A stretch of 64,000 nt of DNA from an uncultured Thermofilaceae archaeon (lineage in GTDB: Archaea > Thermoproteota > Thermoprotei > Thermofilales > B69-G16): positions 5,046 through 69,045 of the forward strand of contig CAZCTW010000010.1 of NCBI GenBank assembly GCA_964501905.1, in the 5' to 3' direction. Below the pieces are notes generated by a model, which was not told the origin of the DNA, ran no database searches, and saw only the letters and a program-made list of their open reading frames with translations. Below, piece by piece: positions 18,725-29,917 of this stretch. The translations under genes were made by a program, and so were the position numbers. Numbering within the stretch: the first letter of the stretch is position 1; each line of letters starts with the position of its first letter.

Positions 18725-19027
18725 GTGGACGCGAAAAAGGTATACGTAAAAGTGCACAGAGTGGGGAAGGATATAGTAGTGGCTATTTGCGATGAAGACT
18801 TGCTAGGTAGAGTTTTAGAGGAAGGAGAGGTTAGATTCGAGATAAAAGAGGATTTCTATCGGGGAGAGTTAATGGACGTCAAAAAAGCGCTCGAAATTAT
18901 AGAAACAGGTACTATAGTAAACTTGGTTGGCAAGACCATAGTAGGCGCTTTGGCAGAGAGAAACGAAGTCGTCAGGCTTGCTGCTGTAGAGATAGCCGGA
19001 GTACCTCACGTACAGCTAGTGATATGA
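18725..19027 (+). CDS. DUF424 family protein
   Basis: VAICDEDLLG, FY.G, NLVG, I.GVPH.Q motifs. Confidence 0.9.
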   Translation: MDAKKVYVKVHRVGKDIVVAICDEDLLGRVLEEGEVRFEIKEDFYRGELMDVKKALEIIETGTIVNLVGKTIVGALAERNEVVRLAAVEIAGVPHVQLVI

Positions 19028-19028
19028 G

Positions 19029-20108
19029 GTGGGAGTGATGAGGGGTAGATTCTGCCCAGTATGTGGAAGGAAGGTCGATTTTACTATAGAGGGGCTTTGC
19101 GTAGAGTGCTATAAGAAAAGCCATCCCATAATTGAACGCCTCCCCGAGGTGAAGGTAACATTGTGTAAAAATTGCTATTCTTATAAACTTGGTGGAAGAT
19201 GGCACGTGCCTCCCCCAGAAGTGACAAATATTGAAGAGTTAGTACTCTATGTGGCTAAGAGAAAAATCCTCCAAGGTATTAAAAAGGGAAAATACGAAGA
19301 AGTCGAGGTGTCCTTGGAAAATGAACGGGAGGGCTATACGGCAGTTCTAGAAATTAAGGGCAAGAGCCATGAGCTAATTCCTAAATCTTACGTCGAGGAG
19401 TATAGGATACCGCTCGAAGTAAAATACACTCTATGCCCCGCCTGTATGGACTTAAAGGGAAAAGTTGAGAGAGCAGTAGTTCAAGTTAGGGCAAAAGATA
19501 GACAATTAACTCCAGAGGAGTATAAATCCATCAAAGCCGTCATAAACAAGGCTATAGCGAAAATGTCTAAAGAAAGCAGAGAAGCCCTTCCCATCAAGAT
19601 AAAAGGCGACAAGTATATCGACATCACTTTTTCCTCGCAGAAAGCCGCTAAGCGAGTAGCTTCAGAACTTCAAAAAAGTTTTCCATTTAGACGAAAAGAT
19701 ACACTCAAGGTTATCGGCGTTTCCAGCACGGGGCGTTTGCGAACAAAACTTACCATAAGATTGTTACTCCCCGAGTTTAAAAAAGGAGATATAGTGCGGT
19801 TCTCAGGCAAACTATATAAAGTTCTAGATTTTGAAAAAGATAAAGTGAAGCTACTCTCACTTAATAACTATAGAGAATCTAGCTTCTCAACAAGAGAAGT
19901 TTTCTTCAGAACTAAAACAGAGGTCTGCGAGGAAGAAGTCGAAAAAGCCCTCGTAGTTTCGATAACTCCGCCCTACATCCAGTTTATGGATTTAAAGAAC
20001 TACGAGGTTTACGAGGAAAGGTTCAACCAGATACCGCTCTGGGTAAGGGAGGGAGAAGTTGTAGGAATTGTAAAAATAGACGATAAAGCATTTCTCATAC
20101 CTATTTAA
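19029..20108 (+). CDS. nmd3: Ribosome biogenesis protein NMD3
   Basis: Four CxxC pairs, AVVQVR, C-terminal SH3/OB-like region. Confidence 0.88.
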   Translation: MGVMRGRFCPVCGRKVDFTIEGLCVECYKKSHPIIERLPEVKVTLCKNCYSYKLGGRWHVPPPEVTNIEELVLYVAKRKILQGIKKGKYEEVEVSLENEREGYTAVLEIKGKSHELIPKSYVEEYRIPLEVKYTLCPACMDLKGKVERAVVQVRAKDRQLTPEEYKSIKAVINKAIAKMSKESREALPIKIKGDKYIDITFSSQKAAKRVASELQKSFPFRRKDTLKVIGVSSTGRLRTKLTIRLLLPEFKKGDIVRFSGKLYKVLDFEKDKVKLLSLNNYRESSFSTREVFFRTKTEVCEEEVEKALVVSITPPYIQFMDLKNYEVYEERFNQIPLWVREGEVVGIVKIDDKAFLIPI

Positions 20109-20613
20109 CTCCCTCTCCGTAGTACTCCCCTCTATATCCTTCAGGTGTCTTCTGGGAAAGTTTAAAGAAGCAGAGTTGTAGAATTCTACTGTTTCTTCTC
20201 AAGGACACGCCATGTTCGTTGAAGACGACAAGTAAGCCGACGCCCCTGCCCACGTATCCGGGGTCCCAGACCGCTGAGAAGATAGTCGCTCCCATTCTCA
20301 GAAGCGATGATCGAGGTTTTCCAATAGCAATTAAGTCCAGCGGCATGTGGACTATCTCATTATACTGCACCACGTAACAACCCGGAGGTAGAAAAAACCA
20401 GTTATCTTCACCAAACTCTATTTCGGCTCGCTCGGGAAGTACTCTTTCCTCATTAATAAACCCTAACCTGCCAGCGCCCTTAAACCGATACACTTTTCTC
20501 AGAGTCAAGTCTATACCAGCTGGTTGTAATTGAAGATCTAGATTGACAAAATCTTTTACTAGTGGAGGCTCTGATTTAATTCTCTCCAGTATTTCATGTT
20601 TCGACAATATCAC
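20101..20613 (-). CDS. dUTPase (dCTP deaminase-like fold)
   Basis: QPAGIDL, PRSSLLRMG, VWDPGY.G, Y.G.Y motifs. Confidence 0.88.
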   Translation of the reverse strand: MILSKHEILERIKSEPPLVKDFVNLDLQLQPAGIDLTLRKVYRFKGAGRLGFINEERVLPERAEIEFGEDNWFFLPPGCYVVQYNEIVHMPLDLIAIGKPRSSLLRMGATIFSAVWDPGYVGRGVGLLVVFNEHGVSLRRNSRILQLCFFKLSQKTPEGYRGEYYGEGVK

Positions 20614-20701
20614 GTTTTAGTTCTAGACGAGGGATATGATAAAGGTAACATATGAAATAGAAATATTTTAGGCTAAAGAATATCAAACCCGGATGGTTTA
20701 A

Positions 20702-21913
20702 ATGAAAACTTCAAGTAGGATAAGAGTACTCGAGTACATGATTAGAGAATTTGTGCCTCTAGCTAAAAAATTAGAGCGCAAAGGTAGGAAGATTCTCTAC
20801 TTAAACATCGGCGACCCCCTTAAATACGACTTCCAAACTCCTGAGCATATAAGGCAGGCCTTAAAAGAGGCTGTAGACGGGGGGCACAACTACTACTCTG
20901 GAGCACGCGGCGTGGATGAACTTTTGGAGGCGATAGCAGAGAAAGAACGTAGAGTAAATAAAGTTCCGATAACTCCCGATAGAGTCGTAGTGACAACCGG
21001 CGTTTCAGAAGCCATAAACTTTGTAACCGCTGCTCTGGTAGAAGAAGGTGATAAGGTGTTGTTGCCAAGCCCCACATACCCTCTCTACGCCAATTTCACC
21101 AAATTCTATGGAGGAATTCCCGTGTTCTACGAACTTGACGAAAAAAGTAAATGGGCGCCCGATCTTCGAGATCTTGAATCCAAAATAGATGAAAAAACAA
21201 AAATGCTTGTGGTCATAAACCCTAACAACCCGACTGGCGCCGTATGCGATAGAAAAAACCTAATCGAGCTATTAGATTTAGCTGCCCAACACGAGCTGAT
21301 AGTAATAAGTGACGAGATATACGATAGGATAGTTTTTGAAGGAGAATTTCATAGCACGGCATCCCTCTCCAAAGACACGGTAGTAATAGGCTTAAACGGT
21401 TTTTCGAAAACCTATTTAATGACCGGGTGGAGGCTCGGCTATCTGTACATCCATGACCCGGTTGGCGAGGTAGGCGAGGAAATCTATAAAGCAGTTCTTA
21501 AATTAGCCATGAATAGGCTATGCGCCCCTACGCCCATACAAGTAGCGGCCGCAAAAGCCCTAAAAGGTTCTCAAAAACACATAGAGGAGTTTACGCATAA
21601 AGTTAAAAAACGGAGAGACGCGGCTATGAAAATTATAGAAGAAAATGAATACCTTTCGGCCGTCAAGCCTCAAGGAGCTTTCTACATATTCCCTAAAGTG
21701 AACTGCAAAGGAGATTGGAAAGACGACAGAGAATTCACTCGCAAACTGCTAATGGAAGAAGGAGTACTAATAGTTCCGGGGAGTGGATTCTACGCTCAGG
21801 ACTTTAACCACTTTAGGACGGTAATACTACCGCCTGAAGACGTGCTTGTAAAGGCATTTGAGAAAATAAGCAATTTCATAAGGAAGCACTGCATTAGCGA
21901 AAAACCTTCTTAA
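20702..21913 (+). CDS. Class I/II PLP aminotransferase (alanine aminotransferase-like)
   Basis: LNIGDP, INPNNPTG, SDEIY, SKTY.MTGWRLG motifs. Confidence 0.92.
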   Translation: MKTSSRIRVLEYMIREFVPLAKKLERKGRKILYLNIGDPLKYDFQTPEHIRQALKEAVDGGHNYYSGARGVDELLEAIAEKERRVNKVPITPDRVVVTTGVSEAINFVTAALVEEGDKVLLPSPTYPLYANFTKFYGGIPVFYELDEKSKWAPDLRDLESKIDEKTKMLVVINPNNPTGAVCDRKNLIELLDLAAQHELIVISDEIYDRIVFEGEFHSTASLSKDTVVIGLNGFSKTYLMTGWRLGYLYIHDPVGEVGEEIYKAVLKLAMNRLCAPTPIQVAAAKALKGSQKHIEEFTHKVKKRRDAAMKIIEENEYLSAVKPQGAFYIFPKVNCKGDWKDDREFTRKLLMEEGVLIVPGSGFYAQDFNHFRTVILPPEDVLVKAFEKISNFIRKHCISEKPS

Positions 21914-22694
21914 CCACCGAAATAAGCTTTTTAACTCTCTCGCCCTCTACAGGGTTTTCAGTAACACCTCCCTTTTTAAAATACGTGCCGATTATAGCGC
22001 CATCAGCTATAGAAAGAACTTCTTCAACGTTATCTAGATTTACTCCGCTCCCCGCGAAAACGGGCACTTTTCCCGCCGCTTTTTTCGCTTTGTGTAGGAA
22101 TTCCAGGTCTACCGGACTCCCTGTCTCAGGTCCAGTTATGATAATAGCGTCGGCTAGCCCCCTGTAAACGGCGTTTTTAACAGATTCCTCGACTTCTACA
22201 TCGGCTAGCGGCTTGCCGTGTTTGACTAAGACATCCGCGAAAATATAGACATCAGCTCCTAAACGGCGCCTATAGTTCAAAAGTTTCCAAGCTACAGGTT
22301 CTATGATTCCCTGATCAGTGATTATAGTATCCGTATAGACGTTTACTCTTATAAAATCGCATCTAGTGGCGTAGGCTATAGCCATAGCGCTCAATGCATC
22401 GTTTCTAAGAACATTAACTCCAACGGGAACTTCAAAACGTTCAACAATCTTCCTTACTATAATAGTCATCAAAGCAAAACCCTCGCGGGGGATTCTACTC
22501 TTAGTAAAAGGTTTATCCCCAAAATTCTCTACTATCAAACCATCTACACCATTTTCTACTAAAAGCCGTGCATCGTTTAAGGCACGGTCGACGACAAAGT
22601 CTATCTTACCGCTATACAATGGAGAACCCGGAAGAGGCAACAAATGAACAACTCCAATAATCGGTTTTCCAACATCAAACAATTCTCTTATCAT
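21894..22694 (-). CDS. BtpA/SgcQ family protein
   Basis: GVVHLLPLPG, ENFGD.P, GVNVLRND, DVLVKH motifs. Confidence 0.93.
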   Translation of the reverse strand: MIRELFDVGKPIIGVVHLLPLPGSPLYSGKIDFVVDRALNDARLLVENGVDGLIVENFGDKPFTKSRIPREGFALMTIIVRKIVERFEVPVGVNVLRNDALSAMAIAYATRCDFIRVNVYTDTIITDQGIIEPVAWKLLNYRRRLGADVYIFADVLVKHGKPLADVEVEESVKNAVYRGLADAIIITGPETGSPVDLEFLHKAKKAAGKVPVFAGSGVNLDNVEEVLSIADGAIIGTYFKKGGVTENPVEGERVKKLISVVKKVFR

Positions 22695-22848
22695 TAATAC
22701 TCCCAAGCCTATTCTCCCACGCACCTTAAATAAATTAACGAGATAACATGCTCTAAAACTTAGACAGACAAATCAACAGAAACTGAGGGCTCTAAGAAAA
22801 CCGGAACGAAGAACTTAAATTCCTCAAGTAATAAATTAAACACGCAGG

Positions 22849-22933
22849 GCCGGGGTGCCCGAGTGGCCAGGGGACGGGCTGCAGTGGAAACGTAGCTACC
22901 CGTTTTACCCGGGTTCAAGTCCCGGCCCCGGCT
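22849..22933 (+). tRNA. tRNA-Cys(GCA), 13-nt intron at 37/38 (22885-22897)
   Basis: Cloverleaf, U73; BHB helix CUGC/GUAG. Confidence 0.95.
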
Positions 22934-23196
22934 TTGCTTTTTCTGTAAAAGCTTACGAATTTAAGCAGCTATTCACATATATATTGGCATCTTTAAGAAG
23001 TATCACTAGTCTCGGTGTAACTTATCAACAGTACGCCTTTAGAGCGGAGTTGTAGGAAATGATTAGAGTATGCTGTTTAGGCCTCGCAAAACTGCATCTA
23101 CTGCTCTTCTAGTGGTTAAGGTTGAGAGGGGTCATCTATTTTTGTAGATATAAGGGTTTAATTAGCGTTCTTTTGTAAATAGTTGAGGTGAGAGCT

Positions 23197-23616
23197 TGAG
23201 GAAGAAGTACGGGCTTGATGCTTTTCAACTGTTTATTTTCTTAGCCTTAGGAATTGCCTCGCGTTTAGTAGCTGATGCTTTGCACTTTCCTAATTTTACC
23301 AGGCGTCGGGCGCTATAGGAGCTGCTTATAATCTTGGCTTGCCTTGGGGGCGTTGGTAGGAGTTTTAACTATAGCCGCTTTAGATGCCCTAATGTATTCG
23401 TACAGCGCTACTAGCTTGATGGGGTTTATGATTGGAGTTTGGGTGCCTGGAGCTACAGCTGCGGTGTACGAGTATTCTAGGCGGCGGATACCTCTATCGC
23501 TTTCAGTTTTGCTCGCGGCTCTAGTCTACGTCCTTTCTTGGTTTATAACTTACGCTCTTATTTTTACGAGATTTAAGCTTGAAAGCAGTGTTTGGGTAAT
23601 GTCGCCAGAAGTTTGA
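23197..23616 (+). pseudogene. Frameshifted membrane protein, ECF S-component-like
   Basis: Fragments in successive frames: LRKKYGLDAFQLFIFLALGI, GAIGAAYNLG, GALVGVLT. Confidence 0.5.
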
Positions 23617-24207
23617 GGAGGAGTACGGGTAGAAGCGCCAGAGCTGTGTTGCTAGTCTTTTTAACCGTGCTCTCAATCGCCTCTCTAGCATATTACATGA
23701 AGAACGAGCGGGAAGTAGTGGCTTATTTCCCGGAAATGCCCGGCTACTACAAAAGTCACGATAAGATGGATTTGATATGGATTTGGGTGAGAGAAAAAGG
23801 GGGTTAATAGCTACTATTATCCTGAGACTGGGTTCGAGCAGTTGAATCACTGAATGTGCGTGGGCATATACTGGTTACAGGGTAAGAGGGATATAGCTGA
23901 CGTCGGCTTTATTTCTGGATTATTTGTTTATGACTGGAATTTCCGACTTAGATTCCATGGCTACTCGGAGCCGCGCATCTATATCACCCGAGTTTATAAT
24001 GTTACAGAAACTGAATTCAAAGGCTATAGAGCTTTTACTATGTATGTGGAGATAACTACTAGAGACAACGTCGAGCCCTACGGAGAAGTGAAGCTAATGG
24101 GTTTCTTCGCGGCTTTCTACGATGAGAAGTCAGATAGGACGGCTATAGTCTACGCAATGGCTACAAGAGAGAAATACACTGAAATGAAGAGGGACTGCTC
24201 GATATAA
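23592..24207 (+). pseudogene. Fragmented membrane-anchored hypothetical protein
   Basis: N-terminal TM fragment (23592-23807) and downstream fragment (23854-24207) separated by stops. Confidence 0.45.
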
Positions 24208-24521
24208 TCAATTTATGGAATTTAAAACCTTAGGTTCAGAACGGAGTCTGCATCACAGCTCAACCGAAACCTCTCTCATCATCTATGAGCTAAATGGTAT
24301 TGATCCCTTATTAAAGCTAACTTCATTCTCTCACTCGTTAAAACTAGATTTCTTGTGGTCCGCATTGATGCTACTTCATGATTTATATTCCTTAAGATCA
24401 TGTTAGGCCATTTGGAGTTATAGTTTAGATTTTTACTCGGCTTATTTTAACTAGAAGTAAAGAGTACGAGTTTGAGCAAAGTTTAATAAATGGCGTTGTT
24501 TTGTGTGGGGTGGTGATTGGA

Positions 24522-25103
24522 GTGGCGAAGATACCGTACCTGAGGGAAGAAGTGGAGATACCCGAAGGCGTGGAATTGAGCATTGAAGGAAAGACTGTTA
24601 GAGTTAAAGGTCCTTTAGGGGAGCTTGTAAAGGATTTCTCCCACGTGCATAAACTACTGTTGAGCAAAGAGAACAATAAAGTAGTTTTGGAGATGTACTT
24701 TGCGGACAAGAAAGGAAGGGCCGTTATCAAGACTATAGCGAGTCACATCAAGAATATGATCGTCGGCGTTACCCGAGGGTATAGATACAAGATGAAGATA
24801 GTTTACGCCCATTACCCTATGGAGGTTAAGGTAGACGAGAAGAAGAAACTAGTTATTATAAGAAACTTTATAGGAGAGAAGAGCGATAGGTACGCGCGGA
24901 TAGAGGAAGGAGTGAAAGTTAAAGTTACGAAAGACGACGTTATAATCGAGGGAATAGACATAGATGCCGTAGGACAAACCGCCGCGAATATACACTTAGC
25001 TACACACTTGACCGGCAAGCTTAGGAAAAGCCCTCACGGAAGAGAAGGAGGCCCCGGTATACTTGATGGAATCTATCTCTATGAAAAAGAGCATATCAAA
25101 TAG
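24522..25103 (+). CDS. rpl6: 50S ribosomal protein uL6
   Basis: VKGPLG, HIKNMI.GVT.G, YAHYP, NFIGE, VGQTAANI, DGIY motifs; GGTGA RBS before GTG 24522. Confidence 0.96.
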   Translation: MAKIPYLREEVEIPEGVELSIEGKTVRVKGPLGELVKDFSHVHKLLLSKENNKVVLEMYFADKKGRAVIKTIASHIKNMIVGVTRGYRYKMKIVYAHYPMEVKVDEKKKLVIIRNFIGEKSDRYARIEEGVKVKVTKDDVIIEGIDIDAVGQTAANIHLATHLTGKLRKSPHGREGGPGILDGIYLYEKEHIK

Positions 25104-25105
25104 GT

Positions 25106-25261
25106 TTACTTCTTGTAGCGTTTAGGTCTTAAATTTCGGCTCTTGCATCTTCTACAGCGCTCAGCTGACCAGGGGTTTCTAGCCCCGCATTTTCTACATA
25201 TTTTTACTTTAAAGTTGTGGTCTAATGCTAGTTGTAACTTGAAGGGGTCTCTAATCGGCAT
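25106..25261 (-). CDS. rpl40e: 50S ribosomal protein eL40 (not in ORF track)
   Basis: Translates to [51 protein letters not shown]. Confidence 0.96.
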   Translation of the reverse strand: MPIRDPFKLQLALDHNFKVKICRKCGARNPWSAERCRRCKSRNLRPKRYKK

Positions 25262-25395
25262 TTTGCCACCCCACTCTATTGATTATTCGTGAATATAAAT
25301 GTTTAGCTTGGGCAAACTCTCTCAGGACCTTAAGTCTTGGTGTTTTTCTAGATAAGTTCTACCGATTTTCTAGCAAGTTTTATGAAACTCCCCTT

Positions 25396-26112
25396 TTATT
25401 TTATAAAGAAATTTATGCTCTTCTCCAGGAATTCCTTCATCTCTCTCGCATTGTGCAGCATATTGTGGTCGTTGTTGAAAAATACATAAATTTTCCTAGG
25501 TTTTAACTCTAACAAGTGGTTTACGATATCTTCGAGTTCTTCAAATGTATAGTTATGAAAATACCAATAGGTTCTACCATGGAGTCTGAGATAGATTATG
25601 CCGTTAGATGAATATATGGCCTCGCGAATCTCAGGAGAGTCTACGGAAACAAACACCGCCCTCCAGCTTGAAATTAAATCTACTAGGTTCTGGTTAAACC
25701 AGGAAGGATGTCTAAATTCTAGAGCTATTTTATCGCTGAGGTTTAGACTTTTCAGGAAATATTCTAGCTTTTCTAGAAAGTTCTCTGTGGGCTTTACGCT
25801 AGGCGGGAATTGAAAAAGAAAAAAATCTATTAGATCGACTAGAGGCTGAAAGAGCCTATAGAACTTCCTCCATGTGTCGAGAGAGAGAGGAGAAAGTTTT
25901 CTGTAATGGGTTATAGACCTGTGGACTTTTATACTCCACCTGAGTCTAGATCCCACTCTCCTCCACTTTGAGATTTGGGAAGGGTAAGGGAATCTATAGA
26001 AGCTCATATTAAGCTCTACGGCGTTCAGCCTCGACTTTCTAGCGTACCACTCTAAGCCGTCAGGGTTCCAGTCGTATACCCAACCCGAAGTACCGACGTA
26101 AACTTCCATCAT
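25396..26112 (-). CDS. DUF72 family protein
   Basis: VGTSGW, VELN.SFY, EFRH.SW, YLRLHG, FFNND motifs. Confidence 0.93.
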   Translation of the reverse strand: MMEVYVGTSGWVYDWNPDGLEWYARKSRLNAVELNMSFYRFPYPSQISKWRRVGSRLRWSIKVHRSITHYRKLSPLSLDTWRKFYRLFQPLVDLIDFFLFQFPPSVKPTENFLEKLEYFLKSLNLSDKIALEFRHPSWFNQNLVDLISSWRAVFVSVDSPEIREAIYSSNGIIYLRLHGRTYWYFHNYTFEELEDIVNHLLELKPRKIYVFFNNDHNMLHNAREMKEFLEKSINFFIK

Positions 26113-26147
26113 TTTATATATTTCTTACACAATAAAAATAAAGGTGG

Positions 26148-27977
26148 TTGATTTTGTTTGGATGGAATGGGCGATTACTTAGAGTTAATCTTTCCAAAAG
26201 GAAAATAATTATCCAAGAATACGAAGAAAGCTTCGCTTTAGACTACGTGGGCGGGAGAGGTTTTGCAGCTAAAATTCTATGGGACGAAGTACCTGCGGGC
26301 GTGGACCCTCTATCCCCTCAAAATAAGCTAATTTTTGCAGCTGGTCCCTTGACTGGAATACCGGGGCCCAGCACGGGGAAGCTAGTGGTAGCCGCTAAGA
26401 GCCCATTGACCGGTGGTTACGGCGATGGCAACTTAGGCTCATTAGCTGCGGTGCACTTGAGGAAAGCAGGTTATGATGCGTTGGTGGTTGAGGGGGCTTC
26501 TAAGAAACCGATCTATCTATACATTGAGGATAAGGAAGTTGAAGTGCTAAGCGCTGAGGATCTCTGGGGGCTAGATACTTTCACTGTCGAGAGAAAGTTG
26601 AGAAAAACTCACGGAGAAAACCTAGGCGTACTGTGCATAGGACCTGCCGGAGAAAACCTAGTTAGGTATGCAACGGTGATTTCTCAAGAAGGTAGGAGCG
26701 GGGGGCGGCCGGGCATGGGCGCCGTAATGGGCTCTAAAAAACTCAAAGCAGTGGTTATTAAGGGGACCGGGGATGTGCCGCTAGCGAATCCGGCTGGGTA
26801 TAGGCGGTTAGCCGCTGAAGCTTATCGAGCTATAAAGGATAAGCCTGGGTATGGATTCTGGAGGAGACAAGGTACAATGGCTGCTCTTCAATGGGCTCAG
26901 GAGAGCAGCGTGCTCCCAACTTATAACTTTAGAGAAGGAGTATTCGAGAAAGCCTCGAATATAGACGGGTATGCCATGGAGAAGGTAAAGGTTGGACAGC
27001 GAGGCTGTCCTCTGTGCAACGCTACCTGCGGCAATTTAATCAACGACATTGAGGGTGAAATCGCTGAATTAGATTACGAAAACGTAGCTCTTTTAGGGTC
27101 TAACATAGGGTTAGGTGACTTGAAGAAAGTAGCTATGTTGAATAGACTCGCTGATATGTACGGAGTGGACACTATAAGCGCAGGGAGCGTTATAGCTTTC
27201 ACCATGGAGGCTAGTGAAAAAGGCTTGGTTAAGGAGAAGATAGAGTGGGGGGATTTCGAAGCGGCTAAGAGTCTTCTGGAGGATATAGTCTTTAGAAGAG
27301 GGTTGGGCGACCTGCTAGCTGAAGGAGTGAAAAGGGTTTCCCAGAAGTTGAAAGGGGAAGACTTTGCTATGCACGTTAAAGGATTGGAGATTACGGGATA
27401 TGACTGCCATGCAGCGCCGGGTATGGCTTTAGCTTATGGAACTTCGCCTATAGGAGCTCATCACAAAGACGCCTGGATTATATCCTGGGAGATAAAAACT
27501 GAAAGGATGGGTTATACTAAAGGGAAAGTGTCTAAGCTCATCGAGTTCCAGAGAATTAGAGGAGGGATGTTCGAGGTATTAACCTCGTGTAGGTTGCCTT
27601 GGGTAGAGGTAGGATTCGAGTTGGACTGGTATCCTAAACTGTTTAAGGCTGTTACCGGCCTCGATGTAACTTTGGACCACTTCTTCGAAGTAGCCGATAG
27701 AGTTTATAATTTAATAAGAGCCTATTGGATTAGAGAAAAAGGCGGAAATTGGAACAGGCTTATGGATTATCCCCCGAAGAGATGGTTTAAAGAACCTCTT
27801 ACTAAGGGGCCTTTAGCGGGTGCAAAACTAAACTTAGACAAGTATGACATTATGTTATCGTGGTATTATGAGGCTAGGGGATGGGATGGGAAAGGAATCC
27901 CTAGAAAGGAGACTTTGGCTAAACTTAAACTCGATTACGTAATTCCTGAGTTAGAGAAATACGTTAGATTGTCTTGA
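26148..27977 (+). CDS. Tungsten aldehyde:ferredoxin oxidoreductase family
   Basis: KSPLTG, GR.G.GAVMGSK.LKA, CxxCxxxC, D.YG.DTIS motifs. Confidence 0.95.
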   Translation: MILFGWNGRLLRVNLSKRKIIIQEYEESFALDYVGGRGFAAKILWDEVPAGVDPLSPQNKLIFAAGPLTGIPGPSTGKLVVAAKSPLTGGYGDGNLGSLAAVHLRKAGYDALVVEGASKKPIYLYIEDKEVEVLSAEDLWGLDTFTVERKLRKTHGENLGVLCIGPAGENLVRYATVISQEGRSGGRPGMGAVMGSKKLKAVVIKGTGDVPLANPAGYRRLAAEAYRAIKDKPGYGFWRRQGTMAALQWAQESSVLPTYNFREGVFEKASNIDGYAMEKVKVGQRGCPLCNATCGNLINDIEGEIAELDYENVALLGSNIGLGDLKKVAMLNRLADMYGVDTISAGSVIAFTMEASEKGLVKEKIEWGDFEAAKSLLEDIVFRRGLGDLLAEGVKRVSQKLKGEDFAMHVKGLEITGYDCHAAPGMALAYGTSPIGAHHKDAWIISWEIKTERMGYTKGKVSKLIEFQRIRGGMFEVLTSCRLPWVEVGFELDWYPKLFKAVTGLDVTLDHFFEVADRVYNLIRAYWIREKGGNWNRLMDYPPKRWFKEPLTKGPLAGAKLNLDKYDIMLSWYYEARGWDGKGIPRKETLAKLKLDYVIPELEKYVRLS

Positions 27978-28056
27978 GTCGGTGTTCTTTCTCTAGGAAT
28001 AGCCTTAAATACATCTTAAACCACACTTATTTTCGAGCATAACGCTTGGTGTTTGC

Positions 28057-28458
28057 ATGCAACGACGCTACCCGAGAGGGATAAAGGGATTCGCTGTATT
28101 TTACGTCAATAAGGACGTCCAAGTAGTTAAGATAGACTTTTTGATAGCTAATATTACGCTCGCCGAATATAAGCCCCGAAATTACATGAGAGAATACCGG
28201 AACGCTTTCGACGAGATGACCTACCATCTCGGAGAGGAGTTCTCCGAATTCTTTTACGAAGACGCCGTCTGCTACGTTAAATCTAAGCTCGTGGCGTGCA
28301 GGTTTTTCTACTCCCCAGAGAACGACAGAGTCGTATACGTTATGTTCGCTACCCTATACCCCGGCATAATTAGAATTTTATCGAAGAGATTGGAGAAGCT
28401 AGGGTGGAAGAAGAAGCTTTTAATAGAATTTACGAGCATAAAGCAGAGAATGAAGTAG
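28057..28458 (+). CDS. Hypothetical protein
   Basis: 133-aa ORF with GGTG RBS downstream of the AOR gene. Confidence 0.65.
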   Translation: MQRRYPRGIKGFAVFYVNKDVQVVKIDFLIANITLAEYKPRNYMREYRNAFDEMTYHLGEEFSEFFYEDAVCYVKSKLVACRFFYSPENDRVVYVMFATLYPGIIRILSKRLEKLGWKKKLLIEFTSIKQRMK

Positions 28459-28527
28459 CAATTTACATTTTAACATCTCCCCATTAATTAAAGGACAAAA
28501 ATAAATTTCCGAAACAGTTTTACCGAA

Positions 28528-29659
28528 CTATCCTATGACCGCCTTCTCAAATATAAGCTCTCCCTTCTCGAATCTCTCTAGTCGGAGTGTGTCGATAGAT
28601 ATTGAAGGTTTTCCATAAACTATTAACTCCGCAATTAGCTTCCCCACTATAGGACCCATCATAAAACCATGTCCACTATACCCAGCGGCTATGTAGAAAC
28701 CTTCAAGTTTTTCCGTCTCTCCTAGAATCGGGTGATGGTCTTTCGTCATGACGTAGTATCCCGCCCATTGTCTTAAAATATTCACATTTTTCAGTACAGG
28801 CATAACTTTAACTAGATTCTTAGCGAATACTTCGAGAAAATCCAACCTAGCTTTTAGCGGCTGATTAGGTGGTTCAGGCATATCGATCCTCCCTATAATC
28901 CCCCTTCTATCAGTTTGAGTAAAATAGAGTTTGCCTCTGATGACCATAGGCTTAATAAACTCTCGGAAAGATTCAGTTACCATTATGTGATGCCTATAGT
29001 TTTCAACCGGTATATCTACTCCGACCATTTTCCCTATATCCCTAGCCCCAGCTCCGGCGGCGTCTACTATTTTTTCCGTCTCTATTTCCCCCCTAGGCGT
29101 GATAACTTTTCTAATCTTACCCTTCTCGACAACTATGTCCTTGACCTCCGTAAACATGTAATATTCGACGCCGAGCCTCTTCCCGGCTTCATAGTAGGCG
29201 TAAATTGTTTTGAAGAGAGAAGCCTTACCGTCTTTATGACAAAAGGCGGCTATGAAAGCGTCTGGGTTTAGCTGTGGAACTATCTCCAATGCCTCCTCTA
29301 CGCTTATAATCCTACTCGGTACCCCGTACCTATTTTGTATCTTAACATTCCTTAAACATGGAGAGCCCCTCTTCATCTCTTATCAGCCAAAGATAGCCCG
29401 TCTGCCTATATCCTACATCGTAACCTAGTTCTTCGCTGAGCCTCTCCCAAAGTTTTACGCTTTCCTTCATGAGTACTATATGTTCCTTGGTCGTAAATTG
29501 TTGCCTAATTCCAGTCCCGCACTTGCCGGTAGAACCGCTGCCTAGATAGCTCTTCTCCACGACTACTACGTCTTCCATGCCTAACTTGGCTAGGTTATAG
29601 GCTATGGATAAACCGCTAATTCCTCCACCTATAACTACTACGTTAGCCCTCTTCTTCAT
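28528..29659 (-). pseudogene. FAD-dependent proline dehydrogenase / sarcosine oxidase beta-like, frameshift near 29350
   Basis: GGGISG N-terminal part and GYSGHGFM C-terminal part lie in different frames. Confidence 0.85.
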
Positions 29660-29917
29660 CTTCTTCGCCCGCGGCAAAAACTCCTATCGGTAAAGGCGTT
29701 ATGGGGGGACGTTCAGAAGGATATTCTATTTCATCTATTTTCTTTTTAAGTTCTTTAGCTAGAATTTTCATAATCAAGGGGACACAGACTCTACCCCTGC
29801 AAGGACCCATTCCAAAGTTAAGCTTTCTTTTAAAGATTCCATGTCTGTATACCCTTCTCTAATAGCTTTAATCACATCTTCATAAGTAATATCCTCGCAA
29901 CGGCAGACCACTTTCAT
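29643..29917 (-). pseudogene. BFD-like [2Fe-2S] protein, frameshift near 29830
   Basis: MKVVCRCEDIT joins GMGPCRGRVC...RPP if one A is restored. Confidence 0.85.
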
